This document shows, one piece after another, positions 63,332-64,000 of a stretch of 64,000 nucleotides of DNA. The notes beneath the pieces were generated by a model. The model was not told the origin of the DNA and searched no databases. It was given only the letters and a program-made list of their open reading frames with translations. Source of the stretch: Dehalococcoidia bacterium (lineage in GTDB: Bacteria; Chloroflexota; Dehalococcoidia; Lucifugimonadales; CAZENU01); assembly GCA_965117035.1 (NCBI GenBank), contig OZ220748.1, positions 1,607,429-1,671,428 of the forward strand, written 5' to 3'. A program made the translations under genes and the position numbers. Numbering within the stretch: the stretch's first letter is position 1; each line of letters begins with the position of its first letter.

Positions 63332-63458
63332 GACGCATCCCGACCCCCGGAGCGCTCGGAACCCTGCCGGAGGACCCGGGAGGGACTGAGCGCCGAGGTC
63401 GGCGCAGGGCGCTTCCGGCACGGGAGGCGCCCTGCCGTGCCGGCGCCAATTGGCCCCG

Positions 63459-64000
63459 CTACTGCTCGGTGTGGCGCCGGTGTATCTCGTCTATCGCCAC
63501 GTCGAGCTCGTCCCACTGGCGCTGGATCATCGTGCGCAGCCGCATGTTCTGATACGCGCCCCAGACCGTCATCGCGGGCGGCACCAGCAGTACGGAGACT
63601 ATCAGCGAGTACGCGATCGTGATCGCCGCCGTGATGCCGAACTGCTGGGACGCCGCCAGCGGCGAGGCCGCCAGCACACCGATTCCGAGCGCCGTCGTCA
63701 GCGCCGAGCCCAGCAGCGCCGAACCGGTCGTCGCCAGCGTCTGCACGGCGGCCTGCTCAGGGTTGCGCAGGCGGGTGAACTCTTCACGGTATCGATGGAT
63801 CATGTGGATCGTGTAGTCCACCCCGATCCCGATCGAAAGTGCCGTGATGATCGACGTGATGATGGTGTACGGGATATCGAGCAGCGCCATCGTGCCGAGC
63901 ACCGAGATCAGCACGAACACGGTAGGCGCCACCGCCACGATCGCCAGCGCCGGCTGGCGCAGCGTCAGCCAGAAGAAGACCGCGAGCACGCCCAGGGCGA
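63459..64000 (-). CDS. MMPL/RND-superfamily transporter, C-terminal part (5' end outside window)
   Basis: LSIGIGVDYTIHMIHRYREEF typical of MMPL/SSD transporters. The ORF is open to the window edge. Confidence 0.75.
   Translation of the reverse strand, partial: ALGVLAVFFWLTLRQPALAIVAVAPTVFVLISVLGTMALLDIPYTIITSIITALSIGIGVDYTIHMIHRYREEFTRLRNPEQAAVQTLATTGSALLGSALTTALGIGVLAASPLAASQQFGITAAITIAYSLIVSVLLVPPAMTVWGAYQNMRLRTMIQRQWDELDVAIDEIHRRHTEQ

Overview
High-GC (about two-thirds G+C by eye) bacterial chromosomal segment. I recognised no rRNA, tRNA, CRISPR array, transposase or integrase. The lineage is a guess: the split gcvPA/gcvPB, a T-box on ileS, a PyrR attenuator, and lipobox plus Pro/Thr-rich linkers fit a Chloroflexota- or Actinomycetota-like organism. 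Core genes: gcvT-H-PA-PB, trmI, rph, comEA/comEC, queF-C-E, ccmAB, htrA, ileS, rnc, pyrR-pyrB-pyrC-carA-carB, xdhC/mocA, a sulfatase and a 21-blade RCC1-repeat lipoprotein. Main observations: (1) A visibly lower-GC islet (about 8.2-10.0 kb) carries an operonic TIR-domain gene plus a gene with a nucleoside-2-deoxyribosyltransferase-like (TIR/SLOG-related) C-terminal domain. It sits directly downstream of a HigB / HTH-ImmA pair and is my best candidate for an undescribed NAD-linked defence module. (2) Three genes split in the ORF track become full-length redox proteins if one in-frame UGA at the active-site Cys position is read as selenocysteine: two tandem peroxiredoxin-like genes and one DsbA-like gene. 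(3) There are 8-9 toxin-antitoxin loci, several wedged inside the pyr operon. (4) A roughly 400-bp duplication of the ileS 3' end brackets a 2.1-kb lower-GC island of orphan genes. (5) Several repeat families are present: a MITE with GTAACTGTTCAGA termini, about-34-bp hairpin arrays, a 112-bp tandem composite element and GGATAGT heptamer tracts. A perfect palindrome also lies in frame inside carB. (6) carA and one higB carry apparent frameshifts, and pyrR appears to use a non-canonical start. Many long ORFs in the track are antisense artefacts of the high GC content.
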